Below, piece by piece: positions 1 through 21,769 of a stretch of 64,000 nucleotides of DNA. The notes below the pieces were generated by a model. It did not search any database and was not told the DNA's origin. It saw nothing but the letters and a program-made list of their open reading frames with translations. How positions within the stretch are numbered: position 1 is the first letter of the stretch; the number at the start of each line of letters is the position of its first letter. The position numbers and the translations under genes are program-made. The DNA lies in assembly GCA_965235115.1 (NCBI GenBank), contig OZ249436.1:46440001-46504000 (forward strand). The letters are read 5' to 3'. The stretch comes from Laetmonice hystrix. Its lineage: Eukaryota.

Positions 1-565
1 GCGCCCCCCTTCCAAAAATCCACCACTGCCTACCGTAAAATTGTTCCACGGCTCGTGGCCGTATAAAGGGGGACCTGGGAACACTCTAACATGTATAGGA
101 AAGGTCATATGTGCGGCTTCGGCAAATGTCACAATTCTAGTTCCGTTTTTATCTGTACTTGTCAGCAATATAATTGTGGAGCTGCACTCCCATTGTCTTG
201 GAAATTGAAACTGTCTGTGTTAGATTTGGAGGACTGCCAAATGTCTATTGTCATTATTGTATTCGGGACACAAGAGGATATTAAACGTGAAGGCGAGGGA
301 GGAATGTTTCTCCTGGGACCAGTGTCTCGGTAAGGTGGGAGCAGTACGCCATCCTCCCTGTTGTTTTAGAGAAAGGCCGCTGTGGGACAGCAACATCGTC
401 GATCTCAGATGTTTCTACCTTCCTCAATAACACACCGGCTGAATCTGTGCGGTGAATGTGGAAAAATGTGGAGTTTAATGTCACAGAAAACCAGGTATCC
501 GCGCGAACATTCTGATTGGGTCTAAAGAAAAACTTGATATTGACACAGAGCAGGAGTGTAGACCG

Positions 566-640
566 CATTCACAGGCCGTCACACGTACGATCGAGATATT
601 ATTCACAGGCCGTCACACGTACGATCGAGATATCATTCAC
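566..640. repeat. Short ~35-bp tandem duplication
   Basis: attcacaggccgtcacacgtacgatcgagatat occurs twice head-to-tail. Confidence 0.85.
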
Positions 641-2016
641 AATTTGACTGATAGAACAGAGGCAAGGCACGATCACTTCTCAGTGCACTTATTGCATGTT
701 AACTGAGCTATTGAGTGCAGAAATAACATTGATACATGCATTCAATGATGTGACTGTATCTCCGACCCTGTTCTCCTCGGGTACTGCCGTCAGGTCCTCT
801 CCCGGCTGTGATATGTGATAGTCTGTATGAAACATGACTACCTGTGTTGTGTCTCAGAGAGGGGAGGACCCAAAATTGTACCTGTGTAGTAGTTTTCGAC
901 ATTCATAGCAGGCGGTTACCATTTCTGACCCGCCCTGATCGTGTCTGTAAGCATGGAATGTGTACGGTTGGATATTGACGAACGTTGCACAGACGCCCTG
1001 TCAAACTGAAGGTTCTGAAAGATCCCTGCCTGAATATTTCTGTTAAAAGGAAAAAGACGAACTTCCCACTATAGTGCCTTCTACGTGATATGTTTCCGAC
1101 TGTGTGATTTGAGAGAGGTGGTCTATGTAACGTCGAACCGGTATGTCATAGACCCCAGCTGGTTATTACCACTCTCATCTCGGAACACATGCTTAACCAA
1201 ATTATGAGGGAAAAATACCAGCCGCCAACTGTCAGGTTTTACATCTTCACATTGAGAGAAAATTAACTTCGGCCCGTGTGGCTCTCATTGATGTCAGTCG
1301 GCTGAGGCGAGCTTGGCTGTAATTAGATTTATTAAATCGACTGTGTCTGTTCTATGTCGGGTCAATCACTCTGTGAGAATGGATTGCACCATTTTGATGG
1401 TGATTTTACTTCGGCTGCAAGCCTTGCAACCTTCTGTCATGTCCGACCGCAGTACATATGTCTGTGTACAGGCTGTGCCTGCTCAGTTTTACAGATACCT
1501 GATTTATAAAAGGTGATGTCAACTGTAACCAGGACACGGCTATGACGTGACCCGGTCATTATGACAGAGACATAGACGGAGATCTATGTCATGTATAATA
1601 ATAACCAGAACGTGAATTTCACAACGAAATTGAACTTGACATGTATGTTGTGTTTGTCTGTTGCTTCTTTTGTTTTACATATTTCTGTTCTGGCAAATAT
1701 GTATATTTCACTCATGATCGTGCGCTGATCCAGTTTAGCGGCCACCTTCTCGGTTAGTATGTACGTATATGAATACACAGAATAAATATATGTAGGCCTA
1801 TATACCACTCCAAATGTAGCTGAAATCTTGTTAAGGTGGGTAGAGTGAGTAAACGTATAAACAAGCAGTTATTATGCTATCTTTGTAAACCCTATACGAC
1901 CCCAGTGACCAGCTGGAGACCAGTACCGTGATCCAGAGCGTGTTCCTCTCTGATAACAGACGACATCCTCTCTCAGATCTCGTTCTGATGTTTCCTTCTC
2001 ACCACCACAAGGCTTT

Positions 2017-3100
2017 GTCTGTGGGTGCCGAGCTCGGGGTGGGGCGGGGGTGGGGCGGGGGTGGGGGAGGGGAGCGGGCAGGTCTGAGCTCAGGTCTGTG
2101 GGTGCCGAGCTCGGGGTGGGGCGGGGGTGGGGGAGGGGAGCGGGCAGGTCTGAGCTCAGGTCTGTGGGTGCCGAGCTCAGGGTGGGGCGGGGGTGGGGGA
2201 GGGAGGGGGCAGGTCTGAGCTCAGGTCTGTGGGTGCCGAGCTCGGGGTGGGGCGGGGGTGGGGGAGGGGAGCGGGCAGGTCTGAGCTCAGGTCTGTGGGT
2301 GCCGAGCTCGGGGTGGGGCGGGGGTGGGGGAGGAAAGGGGGCAGGTCTGAGCTCAGGTCTGTGGGTGCCGAGCTCGGGGTGGGGCGGGGGTGGGGGAGGG
2401 CCCCCAGGGTGGAGGAGGAGGGGGCGGGCAGGTCTGAGCTCAGGTCTGTGGGTGCCGATCTCGGGGTGGGGCGGGGGTGGGGGAGGGGCCCCAGGGTGGA
2501 GGAGGGGGGGGGCGGGCAGGTCTGAGCTCAGGTCTGTGGGTGCCGAGCTCAGGGTGGGGCGGGGGTGGGGGAGGGCCCCCAGGGTGGAGGAGGAGGGGGC
2601 GTGCAGGTCTGAGCTCAGGTCTGTGGGTGCCGAGCTCGGGGTGGGGCGGGGGTGGGGGAGGGCCCCCAGGGTGGAGGAGGAGGGGGCGGGCAGGTCTGAG
2701 CTCAGGTCTGTGGGTCCCGAGCTCGGGGTGGGGCGGGGGTGGGGGAGGGCCCCCAGGGTGGAGGAGGAGGGGCGGGCAGGTCTGAGCTCAGGTCTGTGGG
2801 TCCCGAGCTCGGGGTGGGGCGGTGGTGGGGGAGGGGCCCCAGGGTGGAGGAGGAGGGGGCGGGGCAGGTCTGAGCTCAGGTCTGTGGGTGCCGAGCTCGG
2901 GGTGGGGCGGGGGTGGGGGAGGGGAGGGGGCAGGTCTGAGCTCAGGTCTGTGGGTGCCGAGCTCGGGGTGGGGCGGGGGTGGGGGAGGGGAGGGGGCAGG
3001 TCTGAGCTCAGGTCTGTGGGTGCCGAGCTCGGGGCGGGGCGGGGGTGGGGGGAGGGGCCCCAGGGTGGAGGAGGAGGGGGTGGGCAGGTCTGAGCTCAGG
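2017..3100. repeat. G-rich minisatellite (66-bp unit, with ~62-bp and ~85-bp variants)
   Basis: Repeats of tctgtgggtgccgagctcggggtggggcgggggtgggggagggg..caggtctgagctcagg; explains the spurious G/R-rich ORFs here. Confidence 0.95.
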
Positions 3101-3333
3101 TGGTCGAGTCGGCCGGGTCCAGGCTGTACCTGAATGAAGATCTTCACAAGGCCATATAGCTCATGCTTTGTGCCGTCAGCTATATCTTAATGGACATAAA
3201 CTGGGGGAGGTGGTGTCCTGGGGGATTGGAGAATGGTATCGTATGTTCTCCACGTCAGCTATATTAGTCTATATTATAACAAAGCAAAGTGGGGGATGTT
3301 TGGTGGTAGTCATAGCGATTAGGTTATACATTG

Positions 3334-3492
3334 CAGTAGCGTACCCAGGGGGGTGCTTGGGGTGCTCAAGCAGCCCCCTCAATTTGCCCTTTTTTTTGTT
3401 TTTTTTTTGTGTGCGCTTTTTGCCAATTTGCAGCCCCTACGACGTTGGTTATTTCCAGCACCCCCTGGGTCCAGTTTCTGGGTACGCCACTG
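3334..3492. mobile_element. MITE with CAGTRGCGTACCCAG terminal inverted repeats and 5-bp TSD
   Basis: cagtagcgtacccag ... ctgggtacgccactg, flanked by cattg at 3329-3333 and 3493-3497. Confidence 0.8.
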
Positions 3493-5466
3493 CATTGTTA
3501 GATCGTAATGGTAGGGAAATCTATGGGCCAAACCTAGGTATAGGCCTACCCTACGCAATAACCACCATCTACATTACATGGTAATTTATTTGACGGTGAA
3601 GTCTTCTTTTCCCCCAAACCAAATAGGAGATAATGCAAGAGAGTTTTCAGAATGCCCCACATGATAGGTGAATTAGTTATAATTAATACTGGAGAAAGTA
3701 AAATTATTCCAACCATAATGAAATGGGTTCCTGGTATCGTAAATGTGCACTCACTCCACGCTCGATCCTATATAGTTTAACCTCACCCCGAACTGTGTCA
3801 CCTAGACAAGGAGGAAATGGACAAATTGAGCTTTAGCGTTCAGACACCCCTCCCATAGGGCTCAACACGGCAGCTGTCCTCCATAAAACAACAATGATGT
3901 TACATTTTATCTAAAGTGCCCCAGAGAAACGCTGAAGGGATTGCAAGTGTCATCGATCGAGGAGGAGGGGTGGGTGTTCCTCGACCCACCTGAAGGGGGC
4001 GACACTGTCCAAGCCGGCGACCGGGACGGAGGCCGGCTCAGAGCATTAAAACACCATTATTTAGAGACACACTTGTCGACAGATTTGTAGACGTTGAGCT
4101 CTATCGATTCCTGGGGCTGTTATTTATGAATGAGGACATGGTACGTGAAAGGAGGCGAGAGTTTGTTAGAGTGGCAGCTTTTACAGTGATTCACGGGATT
4201 GTGGCCCCCGAACAGCCAATCAGTAATCGTCATGACATCACGTGACAGGGACTGATAGCTGCTCACGGACTGCTCTGATCAGTGATAAAAACATTAATAA
4301 CTTGTTTATATCAGATGGGAAACTGGTGACTGGAACAGGTTTCTTCTTCTTTCTTTTTTCTTTTTTCTTCTTTCTTTTTTTATTTCCAATATTTTCCTAT
4401 TTTATGAGACCAGCAATTGATAATTTGATAACAGACTAATTAGAGGGCAAAATGTTACAAATTGAATGGATTTAATGGCGGATGACGATAGGAGTTTGGG
4501 AGAGTTCGGAGTTAATGTTTTGACAGGAGAATGTGGAATGGTTGACCCAGAGGTAGAGGAGGGTCAGGACTGGAGGGGGCGATAATTGTTTATGTTTATT
4601 GTCTGCTCTCATCAAGCATGAATTCAAATTACACCATGTCCAATCTCATACCGAGGGACTCATGTCAACGCGACGTTTTCACTATCTGTGATAGAGACTC
4701 AGAATTGAGTCATCAAGAGATTGATAAGACGCCAGGGGAGGTAGTTATCACCCATTCCCACCGCCATGCCAATGCCATGGTTTCCCAATTTCTGCCTCAA
4801 GAAATGACCCACGCGGAGCAAGGCGATCTCCCTGAACGATGGATGGTTGCGGGGAGATTTTGGTCTCATTACTGAGAAAATGTTGTTTGGGGCAAACTGG
4901 GGAGATAATGTAAGGACACGGGACCTGTGTTTAACGGAGAGGAAAAATGGCAAGGTGGCATCTATTCTATTATCTCTAGGTACTCTGTCTGCATAGAATA
5001 GCCCATATAATGCTGTCTTTGCGAAGTTGAACTCTTTCTTACTGCATTGGAGCGAAATCGACAATATTACATGTTGTATTTTCATTGCGATTTAAGCGCA
5101 CTATAGGGGTGAGGACAAGCACTATTGTGTAGATTGTAAATCCTGTTACCTTTCCTAACTTAGGTGTTTAATCAGTGGTTGAAAGAAATTCTTTCATTTG
5201 AAAACGTACCTCTGTGGTTATACTTTGGAATCCTCGACGGCCTTAGCAGTATTCTATAGATCTAAGTGATGGGAGTGTTCGAGGTGGTCTCGACCTCTGA
5301 TTTTATCAATCTATGGAATGGAAGTTACTTCTTACATCAGAGAGTCCACATAATATCGCTACTAATAGATTATGTTAAATATGTTGTTTCTTTCCATTGT
5401 CCTTATTGTTTTTTGATGTTTGTAAAACAATGCAACTGATGTCGACTTTTACTTTGTATCTTTCAG

Positions 5467-13979
<8,513 letters not shown>

Positions 13980-13987
13980 GACGGGTG

Positions 13988-15781
13988 CTGCCACCTAGCG
14001 GGAGATCGTTTGCCTTGCTACACTTGGGGGGAAAACGCGGTCCACACAGCCGGACAGAATGCATTCCTAGCTACTGCCACACTCGACGACGACGGCGAAA
14101 ATGGTATTCACAGTGATCTCTGCCGCCTGCACCTGGGGGCGTTATGGCTCTCACCAGGGGGCGCTATGGCCCTCACCAGGGGGCACTAGTGTTGCATCCG
14201 GACATTTGGGGGCCCACCCAGAGCGGGCGGCTGATGCGACCCTTTAGTTATAAACAGTTATGAATCATATCATAGAATAATGGAGAATGGACAGCACAGA
14301 TCCGCAAGGAATCGGTTTGTAGACGATTTATTTCTTTTGCTGAACAACAGAAATGAAGAAAAAAACAGCAAACATGTAGATTGTGGACTACGGTTGTGTA
14401 CATATGTGGATCGGTTTGATTGTGAACAATGTGGTAACGGTAAGGTGTTCCCTTGATACGAACAATTTACAACACTTTTACCAAGATGTCTCAGACCGAG
14501 GCTGGCGGGGGATGCCGGCATATTTTGTATTTTCTTAATCTCAAAGTCTGAGTGTGACAAGGGAAGAAAGTGTCCTTTGACTGATGCCATTATGTGGGTA
14601 CATGTGTAGTTTGAACGAAAGGTGAACGCCTCTCCGACAACAATAGCTGTCAATTCACAACAGCGCCATCTGTAGACCATCCAGATTTCTTGGACAAGTA
14701 GTCTCCAGTTTTAATGGACAACCAGTCATCATATTTTATGGACAACCAGTCACTCACACAGACGCCCACAGTCAATGATGATCTGCTCTCCAAGAATGAC
14801 AGACAGAGCAGCGCCCCCTGCCGACAGAACCGCCTTTGGCCGAGAACGGCCACTGTGCTTTAGTCACGAGAAATTTGAATAGAAAAGACAGAATAACGGA
14901 AGTTATCCCTGATGTGGTCACAGGTGTTGTAATGTTTATTTGCTCTTGTTTTATATTTTAATTTGTTCTATCTGATCAACATGGATGAGTTTAGGCCAAG
15001 AGCCAGTCTAGGTAGTTCCTACCAGGTGGTTGTGATTACAGATAAGTAAATGGGCCTCAGTCCTGACAAGGTACCGGATATACTCGCACCCCGAGACGCC
15101 ACCTAGCGGTCGGTGTGTGGGTCCTCAATCCTGACAAGGCAAGGTACCGGACATACTCGCACACCGAGACGCCACCTAGCGGTCGGTGTGTGGGTCCTCA
15201 GTCCTGACAAGGCAAGGTACCGGACATACTCGCACCCCGAGACGCCACCTAGCGGTCGGTGTGTGGGTCCTCAGTCCTGACAAGGCAAGGTACCGGACAT
15301 ACTCGCACCCCGAGACGCCACCTAGCGGTCGGTGTGTGGGTCCTCAGTCCTGACAAGGCAAGGTACCGGACATACTCGCACCCCGAGACGCCACCTAGCG
15401 GTCGGTGTGTGGGTCCTCAGTCCTGACAAGGCAAGGTACCGGACATACTCGCACCCCGAGACGCCACCTAGCGGTCGGTGTGTGGGTCCTCAGTCCTGAC
15501 AAGGCAAGGTACCGGACATACTCGCACCCCGAGACGCCACCTAGCGGTCGGTGTGTGGGTCCTCAGTCCTGACAAGGCAAGGTACCGGACATACTCGCAC
15601 CCCGAGACGCCACCTAGCGGTCGGTGTGTGGGTCCTGAGAACGTCTGGCGTACGGGGAGGTGAAGGTGCTGAGACGATGACGCGCGCTACCTGCTGCTGA
15701 CGGCCACGACATAGGAATACGTCAGAATGTGACATTGACCCAGCACGCCTCTCCTCCGCCACCAGTGGCGCCACCTACAGG
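13988..15781. promoter_or_regulatory. Cluster of CTCF-like motifs (candidate insulator) 3' of the semaphorin gene
   Basis: ctgccacctagcgg (13988), cacctgggggcg (14130), caccagggggcgc (14152), caccagggggcac (14175), cagcgccatctgt (14661), agcgccccctgcc (14810), 8x cgccacctagcgg in the 73-bp repeat, cgccacctacagg (15769). Motif match only; function untested. Confidence 0.55.
15053..15637. repeat. 73-bp minisatellite, 8 near-identical copies
   Basis: Unit gggtcctcagtcctgacaaggcaaggtaccggacatactcgcaccccgagacgccacctagcggtcggtgtgt; marker motif at 15097, 15170 ... 15608 (period 73). Confidence 0.95.
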
Positions 15782-17261
15782 AGGTCAGAGAGACTATCGG
15801 GATTTATAAAGTGCTCGCCCAAGGAAACATAGCGTGTAAAACACTGGAGTTAAGAACGTCTATTTAAAAATGTGAATTCCATTGCTCATCTCTGTTACTC
15901 AACAGCAATCGATTATAGGAGGAAAAGAAAATGTTGATTGAAAAGGTTTATTCATGTTATATAGTAAAGAAGTGTGATGATATTAGATCAAAACAGAGGG
16001 ATACATATGAATGTCATAATAATTGGTCCAAATGTATACCGTTAATGATTTCAGTTAATCTTTTATTACAAAATCTAACTTCAACCGAATAAGGAATAAT
16101 TGAACTGAGTATAACTACTGCTTGATGCCTAGCTAACGTGGCCGCGGGTGGTCCAATATTACTATACGGGATCCTGAATCACCTCTGATAGTCTGACAGC
16201 TGTGGCGTATATTGAACATCATAACGGGGGGTATAAAACCCTAAAAACGCCACACTCACAGTGCCCCGGTTCACAGGGGACAGGGTACCTGCTTACTGTC
16301 TGCTGTCGGTGTCTGTCGCGGTATACGGAAGGTACGACGGTTGTGGCCATATATGGTCCGGGGGAAAGTATCCAAGGGGGAGGTTATTGGGTGTGAGATC
16401 AGGGGGGGCAGGAAAACGGTTAGAAACTAATGTTATTTGATGTACACTTATTCAGACAAGAGGATAGATTTTGAGACAAAGACCGAGTAGATTCTCCTCT
16501 GGAACCAGTACTTATGTTTGTATGTACCTCCATCACATCAGTGTATGATTTTTTATGAATGTAGAGAATGATATATAAAGGGCAGTGACCCGATGCTATA
16601 ATTTTAACACTTATAACAGGTTAACATGCTAGAAGATATCAGCCACTGGTAAATACTTTGTGACCTTTGTCAAATAGGAGATCTGACCTTGAAGTTAACG
16701 CTTCACAAAGCTATCAGATAAAACGACTTACCGCACTCAGTGGCGGCTGTGAGATGTTTTAGATCCATGAGGGTTGTCACAATGTGGTATTGCTCCGGAA
16801 TCTATGATATCATAAACAATTATGTCACACTCGGTAGAAGTATGCCAGCCAAGATGACGTCATAATGAATGATGTCATGTTTGACCTAAATATAAGAATA
16901 TAAAATGATTCCCAAGATGCAGAAGGAAAATTGTACCTTATGGACTGACATTCTGCGCTAAAATACAAGGCTTTATCATTTACGATTCTAAAAATAATTT
17001 TACAAGCACGCTGGGCCAACATGAATGATGTGAAAATAGTTGTTGCCAGGTTTGATTATGATGAGGGAGTGTCCATATGGTTGTCTCACTATCAGCTCAC
17101 TATCGCAGTGAAGTCAAGGCAACAAGTTCTTCATTACCTGTGTATATTAAACACCTTTGTGTACCAAACGTGAAATCTAATTAGACTTCTCAATGAAATT
17201 TTAAAATAACATGCCTTCAAAATATCTACCTTTTCTTTCAAAAATTAAACCCATCCCTTAA

Positions 17262-17600
17262 AGGTGCTATTCGTGAAAAAAAATCAATTTTTTTATTTTT
17301 AATTTTGTTGACGTTTATGTGATCCCACCTATCATGGAAATAGATTCACAACAAAGGAAATCAAAATTTTTCATGGATAACGGCACAAATGGGGCTCTCT
17401 CAGAAGGCCTGTGGAGACCCTGACACGCCCCACCATAGGAAATGGCTCTATCTCGGTGCGCACCGAGATAGGTTTCAAATGCTGCACACAAACTAATAGA
17501 AGGTTTATCAGGCCAATGGTATCGGTAGGAATTTTTTCTTGTACTATGTGCACAATGTATGATAGGAGAAATGCCATTCTGTGCGAGACGAATAGCACCT
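17262..17600. mobile_element. Non-autonomous TTAA-target DNA transposon (Kolobok-like AG..CT termini)
   Basis: TTAA|AGGTGCTATTCGT ... ACGAATAGCACCT|TTAA: perfect 13-bp TIR with TTAA TSD. Purine-purine termini fit Kolobok better than piggyBac. Confidence 0.75.
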
Positions 17601-18040
17601 TTAAGTGACATCGTGATTACGATTTAAGATGGCTGCGAGTTTTATTAACTGTATACTGACAGGAGTAGACGAGTTATCGCCATATTTGAATAGGGACATA
17701 TCAGACCAACTTTAACAACGTAATTAGTGTGCCTTATTCAATTTGAGAATGTCGACGACTCGTTAAGAAGTTTAATAAAAATTCATATTTGGCACTTCTA
17801 GCACAACCCTGCCTGAACTGATAACAACTGCTGCAGACTTTCAAATAGATAACTGCTCATTTATTTGATTGTCACCAAGGTTAGCCGATCGAGGGCTTGT
17901 CCCGTTAATCTTGGGTGTGTCACTACAACCTCCATACAGATTGCTGTTAATTTTACTTTGTAAAATGATATTATCTTCATGAACGGAGTAAAAACAAAGC
18001 AAAAAGAATTTGCCGTACATTGAGCAGTTGTGAGGAGCCA

Positions 18041-18522
18041 TTGTCCGGAAGAGTGGCGGGGACCGTTGTCCGGGAGAGTGGCGGGGACGGTTGTCTGGGA
18101 GAGTGGCGGGGACCGTTGTCCGGGAGAGTGGGGACCCGTTGTCTGGGAGAATTGCGACCCGTTGTCTGGGAGAATTGCGACCCGTTGTCTGGGAGAATTG
18201 CGACCCGTTGTCTGGGAGAATTGCGACCCGTTGTCTGGGAGAATTGCGACCCGTTGCCTGGGAGAATTGCGACCCGTTGTCTGGGAGAGTGGCGACCCGT
18301 TGTCTGGGAGAATTGCGACCCGTTGTCTGGGAGAGTGGCGACCCGTTGTCTGGGAGAATTGCGACCCGTTGTCTGGGAGAATTGCGACCCGTTGTCTGGG
18401 AGAGTGGCGACCCGTTGTCTGGGAGACTTGCGACCCGTTGTCTGGGAGAATCGCGACCCGTTGTCTGGGAGAATTGCGACCCGTTATCTGGGAGAATCGC
18501 GACCCTTTGTTCCGGGAGAATG
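18041..18522. repeat. 23-bp minisatellite
   Basis: About 20 copies of gacccgttgtctgggagaattgc and variants; source of three overlapping spurious ORFs. Confidence 0.95.
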
Positions 18523-18832
18523 GCGGGAAGTGTGTGTGTTTATAACGAGTTATGGTGACTCATTGTGATGTGGCGCTGTCTGTAAGTTATCGCTTGTATA
18601 CATCGGTTTGTGTTTCATCGATTCATTCATTCTTTTCCTTCTTTATTGGTCTTGTTTTCACGTTTGGAATGGGAATATGTGATGAGTGGGGAGACAATGT
18701 GTATTTGTAATAAAGCTATTTCCTACCGTTCTCAACTAAATCACACAAGTCAAATACGTTCCCAACTGTCATGTTATTGTCTGCCACTACCTAAAAGTTG
18801 GACTGAAAGTTGTTTGGTATCTTACAATAGTA

Positions 18833-19531
18833 TAAAAACAGGTCAAAAGTGACACATCGACACTGATTTCTGGTCATAAAAACAGGTCAAAAGTGACACA
18901 TCGACACTGATTTCTGGTCATAAAAACAGGTCAAAAGTGACACATCGACACTGATTTCTGGTCATAAAAACAGGTCAAAAGTGACACATCGACACTGATT
19001 TCTGGTCCCAAAAACAGGTCAAAAGTGGCACATCGACACTGATTTCTGGTCCTAAAAACAGGTCAAAAGTGACACGTCGACACTGATTTCTGGTCCCAAA
19101 AACAGGTCAAAAGTGACACGTCGACACTGATTTTTAGTCCCCAAAACAGGTCAAAAGTGACACGTCGACACTGATTTTTAGTCCCCAAAACAGGTCAAAA
19201 GTGACACGGCGACACTGATTTTTGGTCCCCAAAACAGGTGAAAAGTGACACGTCGACACTGATTTCTGGTCCCAAAAACAGGTCAAAAGTGACACATCGA
19301 TACTGATTTCTGGTCCCCAAAACAGGTCAAAAGTGACACATCGACACTGATTTCTGGTCCTAAAAACAGGTCAAAAGTGACACGTCGACACTGATTTCTG
19401 GTCCTAAAAACAGGTCAAAAGTGACACACACATCGATACTGATTTCTGGTCCCCAAAACAGGTCAAAAGTGACACATCGACACTGATTTCCGATCCTAAA
19501 AACAGGTCAAAAGTGACACGTCGACACTGAT
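18833..19531. repeat. 44-bp minisatellite
   Basis: About 16 copies of aaaaacaggtcaaaagtgacac(a/g)tcgacactgatttctggtc(a/c)(t/c). Confidence 0.95.
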
Positions 19532-20737
19532 TGGGTGTTCAGATTCGGTGTTTGGGTGCATGGCTGGTCGTGCAGTAAACACGAGGGGGTGAATATAAAA
19601 ACATAAATGAATATAAATCTTGGTCTTCATTGTCATAGGGATTGTGTTTACTAGATAATTAACAGAGCACTTAGTGATTTCTAATGAATTAACAGACAGC
19701 ATTGACAGGAGTCCGGAATTCTACAAACATTAAACCGGAGTCTCGGACATGGTGGTGAAGGGGATGTGTTGGCTCGCAGTTATAAACGAAAGGAAGATGA
19801 TGATGAAACGTGAACAATAGAGTCAGGATTTGTCCGAGAGATTCATTGACATCATTATTATCTAGCAGCATCACTGGCACATCGTATATATTGTTCAGAT
19901 GTCATACTTCACAGTTGTACAAATCCTTGGTTTCCTTGTTTAGAAAACATTGACACATTGAGAGTGCTACAGTAGGACCGGAAACTAGATACATTGAAAG
20001 TAGTACTTGAGATACCGGAGACGGAACCTTTTCCGATTCTTGTGAAGCTGACAATAACCTGATCAAGAAACGTTTGTGTGGCTGGTTTCGTTACAGGTGA
20101 AAAATGATAAATTACTCATTTTAGTCAAGAAAAATGTGGAAAAAATCCCCTTTGTCCGATTTAAGAGGGACCAGAGGGGAGGCGGGAAAGTGTGCATTCG
20201 TGTTATACAGTGGGCTTGTACATAATATAAGGAAATATATATATTTCATAACGACTAATTTCATTGTAGGTCTTTTATGTAAATTGTGTAACTCGGCGCC
20301 CATGGAGATGGGCCACACAGCGTTGGAACATGTGTTATAAGTACAAGAATATGTTCAGTGGCTCAGCCTTTTCTGTATATATTGTTTTTTTTGTAATTAA
20401 CTTCTATAATGTAATAATTATAGGACGATATTAATGGCCGTTACGATTGTCTCATCCCCAGTTTGTGCAGAGTTGGCGCCTTAATTAACGAATTTTTAAT
20501 GCAAGGAGCGTATATTTTCTGGATCTTCCCGAAAGTACCACAGTCATATGGCTCCAGACTCATGTATTTATTCTGAGACAATAAAAATTTATACAATTGA
20601 TCCCAAGTCATCATGTTTCCCTATGTTATCTTATAATGAAAAAGAAATCACAAACATTTGTAAGGTACACATAGTTATTCCTCTTATGCTGAATGATTAT
20701 ATATGTCCTTAGTGAAACCTACATAAATTAGGGCATT

Positions 20738-20829
20738 GTCGTCCCAAGGTCATGACGTTTGTCGTCCCAAGGTCATGACGTTTGTCGTCCCAAGGTCATG
20801 ACGTTTGTCGTCCCAAGGTCATGACGTTT
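20738..20829. repeat. 23-bp tandem repeat
   Basis: 4 copies of gtcgtcccaaggtcatgacgttt. Confidence 0.9.
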
Positions 20830-21007
20830 CTGCACCAGGTAACCCAGACATGGATACAATTTGTTTTGGGGATGGAGTATTTCCATTACGCTAACAAATA
20901 AACCAAAAAATTAAAAGACAAAAATCTCATGGTGTGGGAGGGAACCAAAGCCTGATATACAATCAATGGCTTGCTATTTCTGCTTATCTAGTGATGTACA
21001 TCAGTGA

Positions 21008-21769
21008 GACGAGGCCAAACTCGTCATTTTGGCGACTCAAAGTTTTCAGTGTAGCGAATGTACGTGACGGAAAGGATTTACAGTTATTTTGAATACTTTC
21101 AAGAAGCACACGGCAATGCCAACAGATGGAAGTAGTCATATTACATGGTTTTGATATAAAAATACTTCGATGCCCCTTAAACAGTGAAGACTGTCTTTTC
21201 TATGAACGAATGTACCCGACGAATACTAGCCTATGCGAAAATTCCAGTAGCGAATTACAATACCAGATATGCATACAAACATTGCAATAATGACCTAATA
21301 TTATGTAAAACAGATGTATTTAGCGTTTTGAGTCATTCCCTGGCCAGTACAAACATATTTGTGCACACTGAAAAAGGTAGCAATGACATTCATTGGAAAA
21401 ATGTCAAGTTGGCACACACTCTCAGCTTCTCAAAGCAAACAGAAACGTGGAGATGTTGGTATAAAACCTGCTATTTCTGTACACATAGCCTACACCATAT
21501 TTATTAATGTCACCTCATTTCATGGAACGTTCGCTCATAGAAAAGAGACCACTCAGTCTTCACTGTTTAAGTGGCATCGAAGTATTTCTATATCAAAACC
21601 ATGTAATATGACTACTTCCATCTGTTGGCAATGTATAAATATTGTGTGCTTCTTGAAAGTATTCCAATTAACTGTAAATCCTTTCCGTCACGTACATTCG
21701 CTACACTGAAAACTTTGAGTCGTCAATTCCTTGTCCACTTATTGTCAAAATGACGAGTTTGGCCTCGTC
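21008..21769. mobile_element. Foldback/long-TIR non-autonomous element
   Basis: ~150-bp arm 21008-21158 (gacgaggccaaactcgtcattttg..ggttttgatata) is repeated inverted, with small indels, at 21590-21769. No TSD seen. Confidence 0.7.

Noticed and set aside
224..329. AG..GTAAG-bounded candidate 5' exon of the semaphorin
   Set aside because: No frame resembles a signal peptide or Sema N-terminus; cannot be supported without transcripts.
2050..3147. Gly/Arg-rich ORFs up to 347 aa
   Set aside because: Translations of a stop-poor G-rich minisatellite.
18020..18568. Three overlapping repetitive ORFs
   Set aside because: A 23-bp repeat open in all three frames; no evidence of coding.
18833..19531. 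CRISPR-like regular repeats (also 6719, 15053, 60910)
   Set aside because: Units are contiguous with no unique spacers, there are no cas genes, and the context is eukaryotic.
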